Source of the DNA: Amphiscolops sp. MND2022
Lineage: Eukaryota
DNA: 64,000 bases
Reading direction: 5' to 3'
Assembly (NCBI GenBank): GCA_964187785.1
Contig: OZ076409.1
Location: 64,358,001 to 64,422,000 of the forward strand
The notes below the pieces were generated by a model. The model was not told the DNA's origin and ran no database searches. It saw only the letters and a list, made by a program, of their open reading frames with translations. Shown one piece after another: positions 59,550-64,000 of this stretch (its first letter is position 1; every line of letters begins with the position of its first letter). The position numbers and the translations under genes are program-made.

Positions 59550-60649
59550 TTTTTAGTCGGCGCTTTTCAACAAAAAGTGCTCGACCCTTAAAGTGGCTAG
59601 TTTTTAGTCGGCGCGTTTTCCTTCAAGTCGGCGCGTTCCCAACTATTACAGACACTAGTTTGTTTTCGTCAGACAACAGAATGTATGCGTAGTGGACACT
59701 TTTTACAGAACTACTAAACTATTGAAATGCCAACCGGAAACGCACCTAAATTAGTGCAAAAGGTCTCCCCTATCATTTACTCCCTTTTTAACAGAGATAC
59801 GAAACCGGAGGAGACTATAGGGTCGAATTTTTTGTCTCCAAGGGTTCTCCCTTAAATTTTTTTGATATTTCGCAAAACGCTGGACTTTCAAAAAGCCCGA
59901 AGGGTTCCCCTTTCACGTTTAAAACTTTCCGGTTTTTGAGCCTGCGGTGTAGCGCCGACTTAAGACGTCCCCGCCTTGTTCTTCTTTGTCAGACAACAGA
60001 ACTCATCCTGCAAGTTTTAGTGCAGAGGTCAATCGGTTCGTGGCGAACCCAGCGGTTGCGGGTTCGAGTGCATGCTTCAGCCAGCAACTTTTTCGTGCAA
60101 TTTTTTCTTCTCAACTTTGCGAGACTTTTTTCCGAAAAAATTCTAATGTCTCCAAGGGGTCCTCCCTTCAATTTTTTGATGTTTTGAAAAAAATTGGATG
60201 CTCAAGAAGACCGAAGGGTCCCTTTTACATTTTTCAGCAATGAGAGATTTTTCGAAATGAAGATTTTTTGTCTAAAATTAACTTTTCTCAGTGGCCCGGC
60301 ACGCTGTATCCGAACTTTTGACGTTATATCCGAAGTAAGTTGCTGTTCATTAAATGAGTGGCCGAAGTTCAAAAGCATTGCGTTATAACCGAGTTTTTGA
60401 ACGAATCGTTTTGTGAGCATAGAGGACTTCTTAGTGTTTTCTGCACTATGCGACTTTTCCGAAATAAGGGTTGAATTTTTTCAAAGTCGGGGGAAAAGTG
60501 GTTTTCACGGCTTATTTGTATCCCTTCAGGTATTTTTTGGCTTTGTAAAATTGATGAAATTTTAACAACATTGCCCGTTTGCATATTTAAAAAACTTTAC
60601 TTTTTTGAACCTTGAGTGGGTGGTCGACTTGGGCCGTTCCCGGCTTGTT
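59550..60649 (+). mobile_element. Two adjacent or nested repeat family A copies; the second has a tRNA-like segment (~60020-60080)
   Basis: tttttagtcggcgc start; 3' ends gcgccgacttaagacgtccccgccttgtt (~59980) and gacttgggccgttcccggcttgtt (~60649); B-box-like gggttcgagt. Confidence 0.6.
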
Positions 60650-60905
60650 ATTTTTTATAGCCGCTATGCCAAGAAAAATTCATAAAAGTTTTCAATTTGA
60701 AAAGATACAACAAATGTTTGAAAACAGGTGAATTCTAAATTTAGAGGAACTATTTTTTTGAAACTCTTTATAAACATCACATCAGCAGGTAATATCATCA
60801 TTATTGTTCGTTTTCTTAAACGAAAGGTTTTAGTTTTAGGCGGGCTTTTTTCAATTCTTTTTCTCCCGAGTTGTTGTCAATAGACACAAGAAGCGTTGAT
60901 AGACA

Positions 60906-60967
60906 CAAGTGGAAAGTACTTAAGTTCAGTGCTGAATTCAGCACTGAACTTAAGTACATTCCACTTG
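60906..60967. repeat. 62-bp near-perfect palindrome
   Basis: caagtggaaagtacttaagttcagtgctgaa|ttcagcactgaacttaagtacattccacttg; 31-bp arms, one mismatch, no spacer. Confidence 0.95.
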
Positions 60968-61553
60968 GCTTACCGGTTAACGCGGATTTTTCAACCTGGT
61001 GAGTTTCTTTCCATGTACATATTTCAAGTGCCTCACAAAATTATAGAATGTTTATTTATTCGATTTTTGAATTAACTTGATGATGGAAGAACTTGGAACT
61101 ATTAGTTGGTCCAATCCTATTTTGCAAATAAATTTTCTGACACTTTTCTAAATTGCGTTAGCAATATGTGGAATTTTTTAGCAGAACCCAAAGTAGGACT
61201 ATAGCTTAATTGGGAGACCATTCAGTCTGCAGATTTGGATGCGTGGGTTCAAGGCTTGTCTGTCTTAAATGCTTGCTACGATGCCGTTATATCTAGCCTA
61301 CTAAAAATAGAAAGTGATATTTTGATTATGATGGAAATTGGAAACTCAATTTGATCCTGAGAAACACAGTGTACAAACCTTTAAGTTCTTTTTTTCGACT
61401 TTTGATGGTGCTTCACAAGCTTTCAAAAAGTGCTGTAAATCAAGTTCAATACCCTTTTTGTGAATGATAGAATAACCGTCTCCCGTCCCCAGTGTGATTA
61501 GATAAAAGGATTTGCTCATGAACGTTCTTCCCGTCACCGTTTCAAATCATGTA

Positions 61554-61747
61554 TCATTCAAAAACTGCGATTTCGCAGATGACCAGATTGCTGTGTTCGA
61601 TGGCAACGCGAACCATGTTTCCAGTCATAGGCTCTCCTGTAAGCACAGTGCACCAATCCTCGCCAAGTTTTTCAATAGTCCCAAACTTCTGACAGTCATA
61701 CTGATCGTTTGTGCAGACTTCCACATCAGCTCCTATCAAGCCCTCAC
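61554..61747 (-). CDS. Gene B terminal coding exon, F-type-lectin-like domain C-half (GEGLIGADVEVC...LVICEIAVFE*)
   Basis: tttgtag|GT acceptor, TGA at 61554-61556; 401-bp phase-1 intron to the previous exon. Confidence 0.88.
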
Positions 61748-62148
61748 CTACAAAACAGATCCAGTAAATAGTAATTGGTAACATTTATTGGCCTAAACCC
61801 ATACAAAGACTATATTTTTAAAATAATATCAAATATTCATAATTGGATCAACTTTTGTTAATTATTAAAGTTGAAATAAATAGTAATACTTCCCTTCCGG
61901 ATTATTTTCGATTTAAATATTTCCAAGACGCCTCGTCTTCTAGTGCGACAATTTTGTAATAATTTTTTGGGAAACTACTGTAAGTGTTAATTTTACAGGG
62001 TTTAAATTTCCTCTAAACCCGCCTTTATGAATGAACATTGAATTAGATGAACAGATGGATTATTTTTGTTAATCGTCGTCTAAAGCATCTTTAAATCCTA
62101 CGCATGTGCTTGAAGAAGAAAACAATGCAATTGTAAGAATCTGCTAAC

Positions 62149-62364
62149 CATTGCCCTTAGGTATGATTGCGACTTTGGAGATATCGGCTGTTTTTGCCAG
62201 CATGTACTCAACCCATCCCTTTTTGCTACTTTGGGACACGAAGCAGGAGTTGTCCTTGACCTTCCTACTTAGGTTTCCGTCGTAGGAGCTAACACATCCC
62301 ACAGTACCTTCTTTGATCTTGATGGATGTACACGATGCGAAGGGCACAGCTTTGTCGTTATCGG
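62149..62364 (-). CDS. Gene B (tandem paralogue) penultimate exon, F-type-lectin-like domain N-half
   Basis: ctttcag|CC acceptor, G|gttagc donor, 216 nt; DNDKAVPFASC...YDGNLSRKVKDNSCFVSQSSKKGWVEYML...ISKVAIIPKGN. Upstream exons probably lie beyond the window. Confidence 0.88.
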
Positions 62365-63366
62365 CTGAAAGATGTTAGTTGGAGGTGATATTTTTCCTCA
62401 ACAATGATAAACACCTCAACGACTTAGAAACAGTTACTGTAGGCTCCACCCTAGTAAAGAAGCTCCACCCTAGTATCATTGCAAATACTTATGTGTAACC
62501 ATTGAAAAACACCTCGGACTTCAAACACAAGACAAAAAGGTGCTGCATCATATGGCAGTTGGACTAAAAACTTTTGAAACTGTCAAACATAGGTTCCCGA
62601 CAGGAGTACTACTTACGCTTTTCCAAACACATGTAATGAGTCACCTGGAGTAATCCGTATCGTTTTGCTTCAAAACTAGTTCTTCTCTATTCCTATCACT
62701 AGAAAAACACATGAACAGGGCTTTGAAAAATGTGAGAAATGTCCAATTTGGTATCACAACTGAGTTATTGTATTCATTCAACACCTTTAATTAGGGTCTA
62801 TTAGACGCAAAAAAATGTGAACAGGCATTAGCTCGACGTTTTGCCTTGAGGCGCTTCTGGCTGTGCATGAGATAAACTTAAATTTCATTTGATTTTACTC
62901 AATCCATTTAAATTGATTGAACGTCAACAATTCATATCCGTCATTGATTTTTGGTTTGAAAGTAGTTGCGGTGCATTCTGATTCTGATCTCGATGTTTAT
63001 GATCCAAAAATCAAGGATGTCATTAAATTAGCAACAGTCCATTTTTATAAGTATTCTTTTTCCTCCTTTTGTTCAACTATATATCAACTTCACTTCGATT
63101 TTCTAAAAATGGATGCAAATTTGGTTTTTTTAAATGTGATGAGAATACCGCAAAATCCGCGCAGTCCATCTTTCGGACCATGTGTTCAATATTCCCTGCC
63201 GAGCGGCGACAGGGGGAAATAAGACACACGCAAGGTTCAAATACCATTATGTCGACATCGTTTGCGTTGAAATTTTCGTCCAATAAAATAATTGATGTCG
63301 ACATAATCTATCCATTACACTGACTGTCAGTTAAAAGTTGCTCATTGGATTTGATCACGGAGAAAC

Positions 63367-63865
63367 TGGGGTGTGGAATTTTCAGACCGTGGCCCGAAAG
63401 CCGTCGTGAAAAACCGTAACACGTAAACCGTAGTTGTGAAAAAAGCGAACCGTGCACATATCTCAAAAATACGAGCGAACTGTTTTATACATTTAACGAT
63501 TTAATTTTAAATGTTTTTGGAGCAAATTCCAACCAGTGAAGCGGCAGTCGAGCGAGTTTTCAGTCGCCATAAACTTGTTCAGTATCAAATACGAGCGTCC
63601 TTACGGGATGATATGGTTGAAAACATTATATTTTTACGCTATAATTCGCAGAGGGCGTTCCCTCATTTGCCATTTTGAGGGCAAGGAAGATGAATGCCGC
63701 GTACTTCTACTACTGATAGGCATTGATAACAAAGATTTTTGATGAAGAAATTTAATTATTTCTGAAGCAAACGTGTTTTTTTCAAACCGTACCTTGAAAC
63801 CGTAAACCGTAGACGATAACCCGTAAACCGTAATTTCAATTCAACCCGTACGGTTCCACACCCCA
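63367..63865 (+). mobile_element. Non-autonomous hAT transposon (499 bp) retaining the transposase C-terminal dimerisation motif
   Basis: TIR TGGGGTGTGGAA/TTCCACACCCCA; perfect 8-bp TSD GGAGAAAC; subterminal AACCGT repeats; QIPTSEAAVERVFSRHK...RASL at ~63523-63630. Confidence 0.92.
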
Positions 63866-64000
63866 GGAGAAACTTTGCGTTGAAATAGGGGCCTTTTTAT
63901 GCTACTTTATCTTGTTCCAAGCGTGATTTTTTGCTATTATGGACAATAATATCAAAAAGTTGGGCATTTTTTTGCCTGAAGTGTCGAAACAGTTGTAGAG

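Noticed and set aside
62900..63330. Possible Helentron/LINE endonuclease fragment (IILLDENFNANDVDIMVFE)
   Set aside because: Resemblance too weak to support without a profile search.

Overview
Eukaryotic (metazoan), AT-rich, repeat-dense DNA. The repeat families look to me like those of acoel flatworms, but that assignment is a guess. The main host feature, missed by the ORF track, is a spliced minus-strand gene that I assembled by hand. It has 14 coding exons from 53633 down to 7766, all introns are GT-AG and phase 1, and the product is about 677 aa. It encodes a signal peptide, a Tyr-rich Cys-loop module, Thr-rich mucin linkers and four divergent F-type-lectin/discoidin-like domains. One domain carries an extra frame-preserving Cys-loop exon inserted at the predicted ligand-binding loop. 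The last two exons of a tandem paralogue lie at 61554-62364. The introns are inflated by mobile DNA. A 24.5-kb intron holds a decayed Polinton/adintovirus-like element (pPolB, integrase, packaging ATPase, penton-like) and a BEL/Pao element containing a nested two-LTR Gypsy element. A 10.1-kb intron holds a Gypsy element with a 2062-bp triplication. Elsewhere there are another BEL remnant, MITEs, a non-autonomous hAT with a perfect 8-bp TSD, Helentron-like short repeats (some with tRNA-like cassettes) and a 62-bp palindrome. All calls come from manual reading; no searches were run.
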